A stretch of 64,000 nt of DNA from Tubulanus polymorphus (Eukaryota; Animalia; Nemertea), in contig NC_134028.1 of assembly GCF_964204645.1 (NCBI RefSeq), forward strand, positions 13,771,653 through 13,835,652, written 5' to 3'. A program made the position numbers and the translations under genes. This document shows, in pieces, positions 47,807-61,158 of the stretch (the stretch's first letter is position 1; each line of letters starts with the position of its first letter). The notes under the pieces were generated by a model. It did not search any database, had not been told where the DNA came from, and saw only the letters and a list, made by a program, of their open reading frames with translations.

Positions 47807-48777
47807 ACTGCTGACGCGCGTCAAAATACCTCCATCCACAAAATGTCAAAAATATGCTAACATATACGGACTTTTTTTCTAGAAATAAAAAAAAAAACAG
47901 CGATGATTTTTTTTAAAATAAATACCGACTGACCCACTACGTACCCTGCCATTGGTATCGTCATACTTGCTAGTTCAGAATTGCTCCTGAATTGAATAGC
48001 CTACTTATATTCGTGACAACGCACAAATTATAAGCAAACATACAATTACATCAGAAACGCCGAAATTCCCGGAATTTTCCGTATATCCCACAGGTTACAG
48101 GGTCAACTCAAATAAATAGAAGCGAGGAAATTTAGGGAGTTTATTATAATGTGAGGGCCTGTAGGTCGAAAAGTACATTGAGATTAGTCGAACTAAAAAC
48201 GGCGACACTTGCAGGGAGGATTGAACTTTTATATATTTCAATTCCAAGCATGGAAATTGCCATATATAAAAATGTGCCATTACTTTGTGCTAAAAAGCAG
48301 GGTTTTGCGTGTTTTTCAAGAATAAGTCCCCTAAAAATAACTCGATCACTATGAAATTTTTGTGGGCTTGAGAACTCATTAAGCTGAACCATGACACTAA
48401 AAATTAACACTATTGGTTCAATAGCCAATATCTGTGCCTTGTTGACACACCGGTTCTCTATTCATTTTCAATGAAAACCGCTTCAGCAGACCGTTTGCAT
48501 TGGCAAACCTACGGTTCGCCAGTAATGAAGTAAACAAAACACAGCGGAGTTATATCAGATTATATACTGGACATAACTGACTATCGGTTGTTACAAATAG
48601 ATTGTCTGGTCCCTCCGAGGTGCTTCTAACTGTACGTACTCACACAAACTGGAATTAGGACCTCGCCTAAAGAAATTTGTAAGGTTATCTATCACACTAC
48701 CTTTTAAACACAATGATCATGAATTAATTATTATGCGTAGGCCCGAGTTGTATAGATCATTGATCTCTTGTTGATGT

Positions 48778-49560
48778 TTAATTCTTTTTTGTATTATAAA
48801 TATTTAAATCTAAAAATATAATTTCATTCAATTTAAAGCCAGAACCATCTAAATATCGTTCTTCAATATGACGTCTAAATTCATGAAATATTTTTTTTTC
48901 TAACTTCTCTTTTATCTGTGTTTTTGAAATTATTTCTCCAGAATGTGTTTTAATGATATATTCCATTTTTTCTTCTGATTTTATAAAACTTACTTTTCCA
49001 GAAATACAAATTTTTGGATATTCAGCATCTGTTACAAAATCCATAATTTTTTTCCATTATTTCAGTATATCTACTATAGTTTTGCCTTAGATAAATCTAA
49101 ATATGATAGCTGCAGGTACAATTTTACTACGTAATGTTTCTAAAATTTCGATGGTATCTTCGAATTCTAGTGAATCATGTAATTTCTAACATTTTCCATA
49201 TAAGGGTTATTCGAAATAGATTTAGTTTTTAGTTTCTGGGTTTTTATAGATTTTTTTACTTGAAATTTATCATCAAAATATTCTGTTCCTAATATATTTT
49301 TACATAAATTTTGTTGGTGTAGTTTTGTGATTCAAGATGTCTATAATAATTCGTTATACTTATAAATTCATTACAAACATTACATTAAATTTCATCTTTT
49401 TCCACATTTCTTATTGTTCTTTTCTCTCATTTGAATTTTTTGGAGTTTCAAAGTCTATAACATTTTTTTAATGATTTGCCGTTATTCGGTGCAGTGAGTT
49501 TTATTACCATCATTTTTTCTGTTTGAAACTCACTCTCTCCAATTTAAAAGGAAAAAAATT
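48778..49560 (-). pseudogene. Decayed polB N-terminal fragment of a divergent Polinton
   Basis: EYPKICISGKVSFIKSE...IEERYLDGSG matches the N-terminal region of Polinton 1 pPolB. Confidence 0.85.
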
Positions 49561-49620
49561 AAAAGTGGTGGCGACTCGCCCTTTCGCCCTCTGGTATGAA
49601 ACCCTGATTTTCTCATTACT
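49560..49620. repeat. Hairpin family right arm (H6)
   Basis: CTCGCCCTTTCGCCCTCTGGTATGAAA...CATTACT. Confidence 0.65.
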
Positions 49621-49635
49621 TATATTGAATCTAAA

Positions 49636-49893
49636 CAATCTAAATGGTTAAACAATCTAAACAATCTAACATTTTTTAAATCTAATCTAAATATTTAGAA
49701 ATCAATACAAAACAACGCACAGTAGCAATGACTGATTTTGAAAAAGATGTTTTCAAGTTAATGAATAATGCATTCTATGGTAACTCTTGGGAAAATAATA
49801 GAAATAGAAGTGATATAGAATAAGTTACTAATGGCGAAATAATTAATATAATATTCACTATTTTAATATAATATTAAAATAGTGTACCACGTT
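49636..49893 (+). pseudogene. Polinton polB fragment (motif B to start of motif C, with an internal deletion)
   Basis: QSKWL..NTKQRTVAMTDFEKDVFKLMNNAFYGNSWENNRNRSDIE*VTNG...NIKIVYH. Confidence 0.88.
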
Positions 49894-50960
49894 TCTGTAA
49901 CGATACACCATTATCATTAAAATACAATAATCGAATTCTAATTAGAAGAATTTGAGAAATTATTCCTTAACAAAATGAACTTTATATTTCGTATGGTGAA
50001 AAGGAATTAATACAAATAAATGGGTTAATGGAATTTTGGACAAGAAATGAATGGGAAAAAATTATAAAATATAATGAGGCATCAAACAAATTAAAGAATA
50101 TATAGAGTTAGAACTAAATTAGTATGTGTAGATGTTACAGAAGACCATAGTTTAATGAGAAAAAATGGTGATGAAGTAAAACCAACTGATATAAAGATTG
50201 GAGATGAATTATTACTTAAAAGGTTTTTTCCAAAAATGAATCACATGTCATTAAATAATTAATTATACTTATAATATACAACCTGAAACATTACTTGAAT
50301 AAGATCATTTTATTAAAGGATTTTTCACCGGAGATGGTTCAGCAGGTGTTTATAAATATGTTAGTCGCACTCAAAATTGTTGGTATGTGAAGAATATTTT
50401 ATTAAAGGATTTTTCACCGGAGATGGTTCAGCAGGTGTTTATAAATATGTTAGTCGCACTCAAAATTGTTGGTATGTGTGCAATCAAGATTTTGAAATTA
50501 TTTGAAAGAACAAAGAAATATTGTGAAGAAGTTAATTCAGATAAAATATCTAAAATCGTGGATGTTATAAAATCATCACAATGGTATAGAATACATGTAA
50601 ATAATCCTAAAGATTTTGCTATAAAATATAATGATGAATTCTATGTTCCTGCAATAGTTAAAAGTAATACTTCAACAAAAGAAAAGATATTTCCAGATAA
50701 TGTATTGAATGCAAAATATAATTTAAGAAAATGATTTTTTTAGGATTTCATGCTGCAGATGGTGCGACAAAATTGTGAGTTTCCCATCAATAAAATTTGC
50801 TCAAAAACGAAAAGTTGCTATATCAGGATTAAATATATTATGCAATAACTAGGTTTCAATATGAGTATTGGATTAATTAAATTAAAACCAAATTGTTTTA
50901 ATTTAAGACATGTAGAAAGAGAATTAACTAAGTAAAAGATTTATTTGAAATATATAAGAA
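49894..50960 (+). pseudogene. Decayed intein with LAGLIDADG homing endonuclease at the polB motif C site; C-terminal splice blocks missing
   Basis: Block A SVT/DTPL; block B CVDVTEDHSL (50125-50154); FIKGFFTGDGS; FLGFHAADG (50737-50763); LGFNMSIG; internal duplication with 89-bp period. Confidence 0.85.
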
Positions 50961-53900
50961 TTTCTTTTTGATTTATCATTATTCTTCTTACATTTAACTC
51001 GTTTTTCATAATTTCATTGTTATTTTCTGGCATCTACATCACAATAAGGGCATATTTCAGTATCTTTATCAAATTCCTTACCGCATTTATAACATTTTGT
51101 TTTATATTCATCTGGATGTCTCTTGATGTTTGTTTTTTAATTCGATATATGTTTGGGCGTTTTATCGTGGCACTTTTTATTTTTTACTGAAATATTATAA
51201 AATTTGCATTTATATTTTGTAGTGTCTTCATTTTCATCATTTTTATTTCTTGAGTCGCAATATTCTTATTTTCTTTGATTATATTTTTATTTTCTTTTTC
51301 AAGTGGTTTCAAGAATTCAGCAATATCTTCATCATACATATCAATTATATTTTCTAAATGATCTTTATCATTATACATATATTCGTGATAACCTTCATAA
51401 TCAGAATCTATTGTATCATTATATTTATCATATAAATCTTTAACAAGATTTTGTTTTATGTTTATCATATAAAGTTAAACAATATTTTTGCATTTATTAT
51501 TTCATTAAATTGTGGTAAATATGTACCAAAAACTACTGTTTTTTGGGTCTCCGTTTTTTGGGAACTGGAACTATATTTTCAGTATTGTCATTTTCAATAT
51601 TTTCATTTTCAATATTTTTATTTTCATTATGAATAATTTCATTTTTTTTTCATCAACAATTTCATCTTTAATATCATTACTTATTTCATTTCTATTTTCA
51701 TCATTAATTTCATTGTTGTTTTTGTCAACAATATTTTCATTTTCAGTTGTATCAACAATTATTGGAGCTTTTGCTTTATTTAACTCTAAATTTTTTTAAT
51801 TTTTTATAGATTCCAAATGCTTTTTCCAATTAGATTCTGACATCGTTTTATAATCTTTCTCCTACATATCACTTCGCCGTCGTTTTTTATCCGCCGTTTA
51901 TTAGGTAAAAAAATTACCTATTAACTATTCATACCCAAGTTTCTACCCAACCAAAAATTACCCAAATATTTTTTTACCTAATATCAATCCATTTCATTAA
52001 TCTAAGGTTTATTTTCATTCCTGACTATTTTTTAGTTTCCTGGGCTTCGTGATTAAAATGTTTTTTGAAAAATTCTTTTCATAACCATAATAAGATAAAC
52101 CCCCAAATGTTGATATAGCAGTTGTAAAATAAAAGTATTTATTAAAATATCTATTATTAACATTAATTATTTGAAAGATTATGAGTAATTATATGGTGAG
52201 CACGTTCTGCTTTTTAATTGCATAGGATATTCTAGAATTCTTAGAAGGATTTATATAACTTCCACTCATTCATTTAGAATAAAAATAGTAACATGCAGCA
52301 AATGATACTTCCAGCTGATTTCAATATACAACTACCAATTGATGCTACACCTCCAGGTAAAGCTGCAACAGATTTTCGAGATAGTTCCCATAAATATTTG
52401 GCTATTTTTTAATCCATCTTTAACTTTATCTTGTATAGAATTATTATTATTAGGTGGTTTAGACCTTGGTGTAGATTTTAATGAATTTAAGCTGGGGATA
52501 TATTTCTTCATTATCCATTCAATGTGGGGGAATTAATTTTGGCCTTTATTGTCTTATGATTTCTATGTAAAGTTAGATACATTTCCAGTGTAGAGACCCT
52601 GCTAAAACCAATATCTGTTATGAAGCTAATAGGTATCTCTACCAGAAAATGTTAGTTATAAAAAGTTTGGACCTACGGGTGCAAGGTAGGACCCCCCAAA
52701 ACCTGAGGTCAAGTTGAGGTCATGCAACCAAAAAAGTCTTTGTATTGCACTTTAGAAGCCAGAATCTTATACAAATAAAATAGTAAATAGCTATTTTCTT
52801 TCATAATATCATAGGACAACAAGAAAACCATCCAGGGCAGTCATTTTATTCTTTGGGGGGTCAGAAATTTCAAAAAATCCTCAGGGTCTCAAAAAAGTGA
52901 AAATCGCTCAATTTTCGCTGATTTCGTAATCACTTCTCAGTTGTTTGGTTTCTTTGGGTTTCCTCAATGTTGATCTTCTGAATCCTCTAGATATCTCATT
53001 TCCTTGATATAAAACGTGTCAGGGAGTCATCTGGGGGTCATCTTGACCCCCCAGATGACCCAGGGTTTTCAGATAATTAGGCTCCTAAAAATGAAACTTA
53101 TTCAAATGAAATTCAAAGAAATCGTTCAAATTTATTCAAGCATTAATTTGAGAGTTTATTTAGTGATAAGATTGCATTTTGCAAGTTTGTTTAGTTAAAA
53201 GATTGATATGTTCTAAGCGATAATTGAGCTGGGTATGGTATATGTCGAAACAGGGAATATGGTCCAAAACGCCGACGACAACCAGTACATACTGCCTGTG
53301 TGTGTAGAGTATATACAATCGCTTGTGAGCTCTCTATAGAGCATACTGGCTCTCTATAGAGCATACTGACTCAGTGTCAGCAGCCAGGCTTGGCTACTTT
53401 GCCATCTATCGGGGGTAATAGGAACCGTCACTTGAGGCGTGACCACGACCTAGTCTCTTTGTTTAAGCTGTCACGTGAGGCGTGGCGACGCCAACTGAAG
53501 AGTTTAATATAGCTAAACCTATTGTTGTAAATACCGTAGTTACAGCTGTTAGAATTGAAAGAATTGTTTACACCTCCAAATTTAAATAATAACTTTTTAT
53601 TCTTTCTTTCAATGGTATTTTAGAATTTGGTTTTATTAATAAATCTTTAACAATAACTTTTAATCTTTTAATACAATATCACATTATTTTAATAATAATT
53701 TCATTTCTTCTTTCTCTACTTCTAAATAACCTTCTAAATTATTAATTTCTTTTTCTACATATGCATTTCTTTCATCATATGCATTTCTTTTTTTTTAAAT
53801 CCAATTGCTTCAATAACTTTAAATTCTCTATCTAATTTTGATTGTTCTAATTCTTTTCTGGAATTAAATTATTTATTTTCTAAAAGCATAATTCTTTATC

Positions 53901-56437
53901 TCTAATCATTTTTTTCGTGCGCAATTCTATGAGCTTTATTTCGTATACTAGTTATTTCTCTAATTGCTTTTTCATAAAACATACTGAAAACAGCTTCTGT
54001 TTCTTGATCTGTTGCATCCAATAATCCTTCCGGGAAAAGTTTTTCAGTTTGAACTTCCGTTGAAATTAGTTAACGTCTAGCACCTTTATCATTCAAATTA
54101 TACCCAGATCTTTCAAATATAGGTTTGAATTTATACATAAATTCATTATTATCTAACTTTTGTTTTTCTAAATCTGGATTATCATTTTTAATATTTATTC
54201 TCGATTAAGCTCTTCTATCAAATTCCTCTGTTGATGGATTAGTAGAACCACTATCTGCTAGATTTGAAATACGTTCACCATTATCAAGATTAGTATCTTC
54301 ATTCAAATATTCATCATTATCATTAGTATTACCATCATTTCCCATTTCTTTCATTTCAAAATCTTTTCCACGTTCTTAATCCATTTACCAAATATAAAAA
54401 TTAAAATTTAAAATATTATATTCCACCTAATACAATTCCAAATACAATTAACAGCTAATTTAATATTTTCATGTGATTTATTATCATTATTGTTTCTAAT
54501 TATCTTATGTTGAATATCATCGGTTTTAATATTTTCTGTAGTACTATAATCTGGTTTAAAATCATAATTTAATTTGTTATTTTGAGTTTTAATTTCAGTT
54601 CATTGAATTTGTTTTTTATTTTTATTTTCTTCCATTAATTTATGAGCAGTAATAACTCTTTTATTCACTTCATTTAATCCTAATTTATTATCTATTCCGG
54701 CAGTTTTAATCAAATTATCATACCCAATTATATTTCCTATTATCAATACTTAATCATTAGTTATTATTAATGAATTAGGACCTATACAATAATTTAATCT
54801 TATATGAGATTTATCTAAATAATTTTGATATCTTACTATATTTTCTGGAATTGATATATGTTTGTCATTATGAATTCAATCTTCAAATAAAATTTTGAAT
54901 TATTTTTGTGTATCAAATGATGTATTTAAATGTCCAATCATTGCTGACCTTGTTTCAATTTGTGCACCTAAAATACAAATCAAATAAATTCTAATACGTT
55001 TATTTATTCTTTGTATGCCAGATTTTGTAAATCCTTCACTATTTTCTGAAATGAAATAAATCCAACCATTTTTATGTTCTGTTCTGAAATTATCATAATA
55101 TTTTGGTAATTCATTGAAATGTTTTACTAACAAATTTATTATTACATAAAAGATTAAAACTATTAACTGGTAAAGGAATTGCACAATATTCTAACATATT
55201 TTCAGGACAAGGAATTGATCTTATTGTAACAATTTTTGTTCTAAAATCAGAATTATTCATATTCATATTAAATTCATTACAAATTCTATAAAACTTCGAT
55301 GAATTAATATTATTATTTAATTCATTGAAATATTATGATCCTGGTAAAGGACAATGTAATTAAGTATAATTCTAATCCGGAAATAAATGTGAAATCTCAA
55401 AAAACTTTGAATTAATCTATATTTTGAATTACTTAAATGACATTTCCTACTTATTGCACATCCTGTTGTTGCGCAATAAACTACAAAATTGCATTGATTT
55501 TGCCAATACTCAAATTAGATTTTAATAAACAAATTAATTAATGTTTTGCTTCTTCCATTTCTTTTAAATTTATCAGATTTATATGAAATATATTTTCCAT
55601 TTCTACATTAAAATTATCAGTTTCAGTGACATGAATTTTTAAATCAATTAATGAATTCAAAAATAAATCTTTTTATGTAATATTTATATTAAAATCCATT
55701 GCTGGAATATTATGTTTAATTAATTTTTTATATTGAAAAGTTTAAAATGTAGTATTTTTAATATGAGTTATCACATCACTTATTTCAAATTTCATTTCTT
55801 TCTCACGTTTAAATTAAATCCTAAACATATACTCGGTCCAACAGTTATATTCATATTCGTATCACCAAAAAATTGTTCATTACATCTTAAAACTAATTTA
55901 TAAATTGCAGGAAAATTATTTAAATCAATTAAATATCCATTATGATTTCTAATTTCTAATTCAAAATTATTGAATTGTGGAATACAATTTTAAAACCACA
56001 TTCAGATAAACTATAATTTATTTGTGTTCCAAATTGTTTTACACTTTTAATGGTAAAATACTCAATATACTAGTATTACAAATTGAACTTTTCTAACTTT
56101 ATTTTATTGGAACCGTCACTTTTTAGAAATCTAATACCAAATCCGGCATCACTACCTAATTTGAGCCGAGCTTTTCTATTAATGTCTTGCTTTAATGTTT
56201 CTAAATTATATAATCCTGGTTTCAAAAATAGATGAAACCATTTATTGATTTTTCTGACATAGATTGAAAAAAATTAAAAAATTCGAGGCTTTTATTCGAT
56301 GTATTAAAAAAAGAATTATATAAACTTGTATTTACCAATTTTAGATCAACACAATTTTTAAATTGTCTATCTTATTGTATTTGTAAATTATGTCATTTAT
56401 GATTTGTAAGTTTTCTAGAATCAACATATATTCTATA
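50960..56437 (-). mobile_element. Heavily decayed Polinton block: mCP, 433-aa gene, membrane gene, MCP 5' end, zinc-finger genes
   Basis: MSGSYINPSKNSRIS at 52270; GFTKSGIQRIN; CATTGC; same gene order as Polinton 1 with deletions. Confidence 0.88.
52491..53503. mobile_element. About 1-kb insertion with TTAA target duplication (Kolobok- or piggyBac-like target; TIRs weak)
   Basis: Interrupts the homolog of 19930-19945; TTAA on both sides. Confidence 0.7.
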
Positions 56438-56518
56438 ATAAGATAAAATCCCACTATTTACAGATTAAAAGAATTTAAAAACCCGAATTTATTTATTAAA
56501 TCTAGAATATATAAAAGA

Positions 56519-56558
56519 GACGACGTTTCGATCTCACGCGAGAGATCATCGTCAGGTC
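56519..56558 (-). ncRNA. Minimal type I hammerhead ribozyme of PLE type, in an orphan pLTR remnant
   Basis: Minus strand GAC-CUGACGA-U-GAUCUC(UCGCGU)GAGAUC-GAAAC-GUC^GUC, followed by AAUAAA. Confidence 0.85.
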
Positions 56559-57367
56559 CGTCGTACACTCGTCCAATTCGTCAAATTCGTCCATGATCGG
56601 ACTAATAAAACAAAATACGACGTAATTATTGATGGTTTAACTCGTAGTTATGTTGCTCCGCTGGAATTTACGCCAAAGTAAGTGACGATTCTGCCAGTTT
56701 GATAAGATATTAGACAAACAGGTAACAGAATAACATTCTAATCCGCGAACGACGAAAATTTTATTCATCAGTATATTCAACTGCCGCGATTTGGTAATTC
56801 AGCGTAAGTTCAAACATCCACTTGAGAAATAGTGCAGGCCACATCCTACCAGCGCGGTAGTATGTGTATGATGTTTAAATGAACATATCTGTATTCCTCC
56901 AGTAATAACGGATTTGAACATCTGAAAAAATCTGTATTTTCAATATATTCAATTTTGGTTCAATTTCGATGAAATTTTGACACAACATTGCTGATAAGGA
57001 GCTTAGATGGTATTGAAATATTCAGTTTTATACAATCTTCAGGTAAAACGTTTTCTGACCCCAAAAGTATGCACTAGAGAGCTGCACCTGTTTAGTTTTT
57101 GGTTTTATGAATCTAGGTTACTGTGTGAAGCTTGTTGCGCCGCTTGTGTCCCGGTACTAGCAAAGTATTTCCAGGCAGTTCGTGCGAGCTATCGTATGTA
57201 GGCCAGCTCTCGGTGACCTTTCTCTCCCTGCAACCAGGAAATTTCACGTCATTGATACGGATATAGCCGAGTCAAAAAGGCGATGGAATCACCAAAATTA
57301 CTAATATAGCGGGATTTTATACGAATAAGATTTCAACTCTTCCATTTCTTCAAGATTTCCATCTTAA

Positions 57368-58056
57368 CCCTTTAAGACTTTCATACATATTTATATGTAT
57401 CATATTCAAATTGCGTTAAAACTTTGATACATATAAATATGTACTTTGGCAAATGAGTATTTTGCTCTGGTAGGAGCAACATTATTCAAACTCAGGAGAT
57501 TCAAGGTCAATGTAAGGCATCAGGAAAACATTTTTATCAATATTTTTTTAAGTTCTATAGGATTTTGAAGGATAATATCATCAATATCTAAAAATGTGCA
57601 TAATTTGCCATTTTATGAAAAAAAATCAAAATTATATTTTTGTTTGGTCAACCATTTGAGATGATAACATTGACCTATTGTGTTATAGTTTTTTGTTATA
57701 GTTTCCCCAGACATTATGGGCAGACAAAACTGAGATTTATGCACTGAAATAAATTATATATTACTGAAAATTTTGAAAATTGAAATGGTTTATGCTTTTT
57801 TCCAAATTTTCTTGAAAAACGGTCCATTTCCATGGCAACAGCATCCTTGCTAGAAATGCATTATAGAAGACAGATAGTTGTTAATTTTGTTAGCCTATGA
57901 TGTAAGCTGATAGAAAAAGTTAATTTCATAAGCCTAAGCCTAGTGGTTAGATTTTTCTGAGCCTTTTATTGGGAAAGAGAAGATCGTAAAATTTTGGGAC
58001 AAAAAATCCAAAGTACAGGGGAGATTTTTCAATGAAAAGATAAAAGTATTAAAGGG
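57368..58056. mobile_element. piggyBac-type MITE
   Basis: TTAA|CCCTTTAAGACTTTCAT ... ATAAAAGTATTAAAGGG|TTAA. Confidence 0.88.
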
Positions 58057-58704
58057 TTAATGTAGAAAAAAACCGGGAATTCATAAATCAATTATCTGTT
58101 CAGTTATCGTTCTGTCAGTGCAAAAATAGCCCATTTCGAGGCTAAAGTACTGAATTTATCATTCCAACCTACATATTTTTCCAGGATATTTAGTATAGTG
58201 TAGGTTGGCGCATTGGAAAGATAAATTAACTCGTGAACTTTAATAGGAAAATCCAGCTCATTTTTTTTCTGAGCGACGGAGGTTTTCGGGAGAGATGATT
58301 GTAGCGCAAATGACGATCTATCTGAAAACAAAGATCGCCCGAAATCTTCTTTGAATAAAGCAAGAATTAAGAGAATCGGATGACTAATAACGAAGTTATG
58401 ACCATTTTAAATAGACAAGACGCGCTCTGCAGCGCACTATACATTGACCCGCGCCGGATTGATTTTTCCATAAGATCACTTGTGTGTGATGGGGAGGGGG
58501 AAGAGTAAATCCTAGATGGTGCTTTCTTTTCCAAGAAATCCCGAGTTTCGAGACCAAGAAACCACGAATTTAAAAAAACAAATGTAAAACAAAATAAAAA
58601 CATTTTATTCACCGTTAAAATGTACGGTTTAAACACGGTTCAAACACGAATCCAATTTGATTCGGATTAGTTTGATTTGGATATAACGGAAAAATTTGAA
58701 TTTT

Positions 58705-58790
58705 GCCGCCATCTTGGATGACGTCACTTCCGGTTGTGATCTTGGATGACGTCACTTCCGGTATAACGTCACTTCAGGTGTGACGTCATC
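58705..58790. promoter_or_regulatory. Dense YY1/CRE/ETS motif cluster
   Basis: GCCGCCATCTTG, TGACGTCA x3 plus TAACGTCA, ACTTCCGG x2. Confidence 0.6.
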
Positions 58791-59540
58791 CCCCTCCTCC
58801 CTTACTCCACTGTGGTCCCATAGTGCCAACATGTAACTACTAACTGTATAACTATGGAATGAAATTTCGATATCACTTCTAGCAAGCGATAAAAGGGTTC
58901 AGTATTCATAAACGAACAAGCAAAGAACAGCGCGACAAAGTGAACATCACACGGATTACTTGAAGATTGATTTTATCGAAATAGACAATAATCGTAGGTT
59001 AATTTTAAGTATTTTGGATACATTTTTTTTTGAATATTTTTTGTAGTCTTTCATCCAGATAATGAGATAAATAGGACATAATTCATTTTATGAACATATG
59101 ATTTAATGCGTGCATTCCTCTCTCATATATCCTTGAAGACAAATCAAGCATCAAAGACAAATCTTTTATGTCTTTCATTCCTAAAGAATCAAAGATGAAT
59201 GATCGTATGAACGTACCAGAATGTTTTATTTTCGAAAATAAAACAAAAATCATGTCATTCCCAAATTAGGACTGTTTTAAAATGTATAGTACTGGAAAAG
59301 TAGCCGATATTGTTAATTACTTATTGTTCTCAAGTGGCAACAAAGTAAAATTACATGTTTGATCTCAAAAGTGCGATAAAGATGTTCTTGGAATCAGCCT
59401 TATTTACTAATTGTCATGCGAACGGGAACGAACGATGTGGCAAACATATATTCTTGTACCCAGATTTTGATACAGCGAGGATCAAATGCATACACGGTAT
59501 AATATACGTATAGCCATGACCTGCCATCGGATCAACTAAC

Positions 59541-61089
59541 CTTTGGTTAGCAGAGCCACTGTGCCTAGCAGTTCTAGGAATGATATATATCCATTTTCAT
59601 CAGTGTCCACGACATTAAAAAGTTGCTCGACAAACAATGAATTCACTTTCATCGCCAAAGCCTCGGCTAGCTCATCCTAGAAATGAGAGCATTTACATAC
59701 AATGTCAGTTGTAACTTCGTTAATTCGTTTTTATTTGGAAAGGGTACCTTGGTTATTTCCATAGTAAGGACGCTCCTTGGAGTTCGTTTTCGCAAACCTT
59801 CGGTGTTTCCGGCTTCACTTTCAGAAAATGTCTGTGCGAATAGATGTTACATCATTATCATAACCAGAAATAAGATTTCATTTCTGTCGGAAATTTTACT
59901 TAGCCTACTTACGTGTATGAAAACCGAGACGAAGAACTGCTCTAATATGAGTTTCCGTTTGTCTTTAGTTATGGCGTCTTTGTATATGTCTTTTGCTTTA
60001 GATATCTCAATGAAAACGGTTTTTCTGTCAAATATCTTCACTTTCTCCTTCATTGTAGCAATGAATTCCGACATTTCAATGATAGATTTAAATATTACAA
60101 CCTGAAATAATTATTACATTCTAAATGGATAGTACTTGTAAATTATCAAGTGGGTTTGTTCTGGATTTTAAAACCACTTTGATTTTGAATGATCTTATTA
60201 ATGAATATATGATAACGAATATACCCTGAAACATTTCAGACTCATCGGAGCTAATTATGGCTTCGAGGGGAATATCGATTCTCTGCGGGTCCACTGCCAC
60301 AATACATGGCAGCTATTTACGGTACAGCCTAAAAGAAACTTCAAACCGCGTTCTGTGATTCGTTTTCATTTAAATTCCGAACGCGTTCCACGCTCGTAGG
60401 GACGAATATCCGTTTCAAAATAATGTGTTTTGCTACGGGCTCATGGGTGCTACGAAACTTCAAACGCTCCTATTAGGCGTTCACAATGTTAATGCATGTA
60501 TTTTACCATGTAGTCATCGAAATACAAAAAGTTGCACTCAAAGCAAGGGAGCTGCTATTAATACGTATGTGCATTCGATGTGACGCGCACCAGACGTTGA
60601 ATTTGAACCGCGGTAGTAACTAGTTTGATTCTCGTTTCAGTTTCGCTTTATCAAAAGCGAAAACGCAACGATCTCCGACAAACGCCGGACGAGTTATGGG
60701 TTATGTTACTTCTAGGCTGTACCGTACCTACATTCATTTCAATTATAACATAATATCCTCAGTTTTTAGAGATCTCGATGGTAATCTACGTTGACAACTT
60801 TTTTCGCAAGTAATCCAATACCCCCGGTACTCCTCGTCAGAACTTTTTTATTCTTTATAAGCTTGGATCTCCCTTACCAGATCATATCCTCTATCTACTG
60901 GTAATCTTATCATTGGTCGGTTTGTTTTCTCTGTTGCAGTAGTAATCAGTATATGGTCCGGTAAATCAGCTATCTTGATCATTCTGACGGTTTTTCCCAT
61001 AGAATCCATTATATGGAGAATAGATGGTGTTTCTTCAAAGCCCAATTCAACAATCCTTGTCTCTTCGTTTACCCCACGCCATTCGGTGA
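59541..61089 (-). CDS. DUOX: Dual oxidase, four consecutive exons (61089-60878, 60101-59913, 59831-59748, 59676-59541) covering the cytosolic linker and first EF-hand
   Basis: In-frame GT-AG splicing gives EW..RLPVDRGYDL|VVIF..AITKDKRKLILEQFF..EITK|DELAEALAMK..FVEQLFNVVDTDENGYISFLELL..TKG, matching the DUOX consensus as recalled. Confidence 0.85.
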
Positions 61090-61158
61090 CTAGAAAGTAT
61101 TTCCATGTGGATAGTTTAAATGTACATTTTTATTTCGTACGACGAAAACTTTATTGAC

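Noticed and set aside
50387-50734. 115-aa ORF as a standalone gene
   Set aside because: Chimeric frame created by the 89-bp duplication and a frameshift inside the intein relic
59683-60105. 140-aa plus-strand ORF
   Set aside because: Antisense to the DUOX exons
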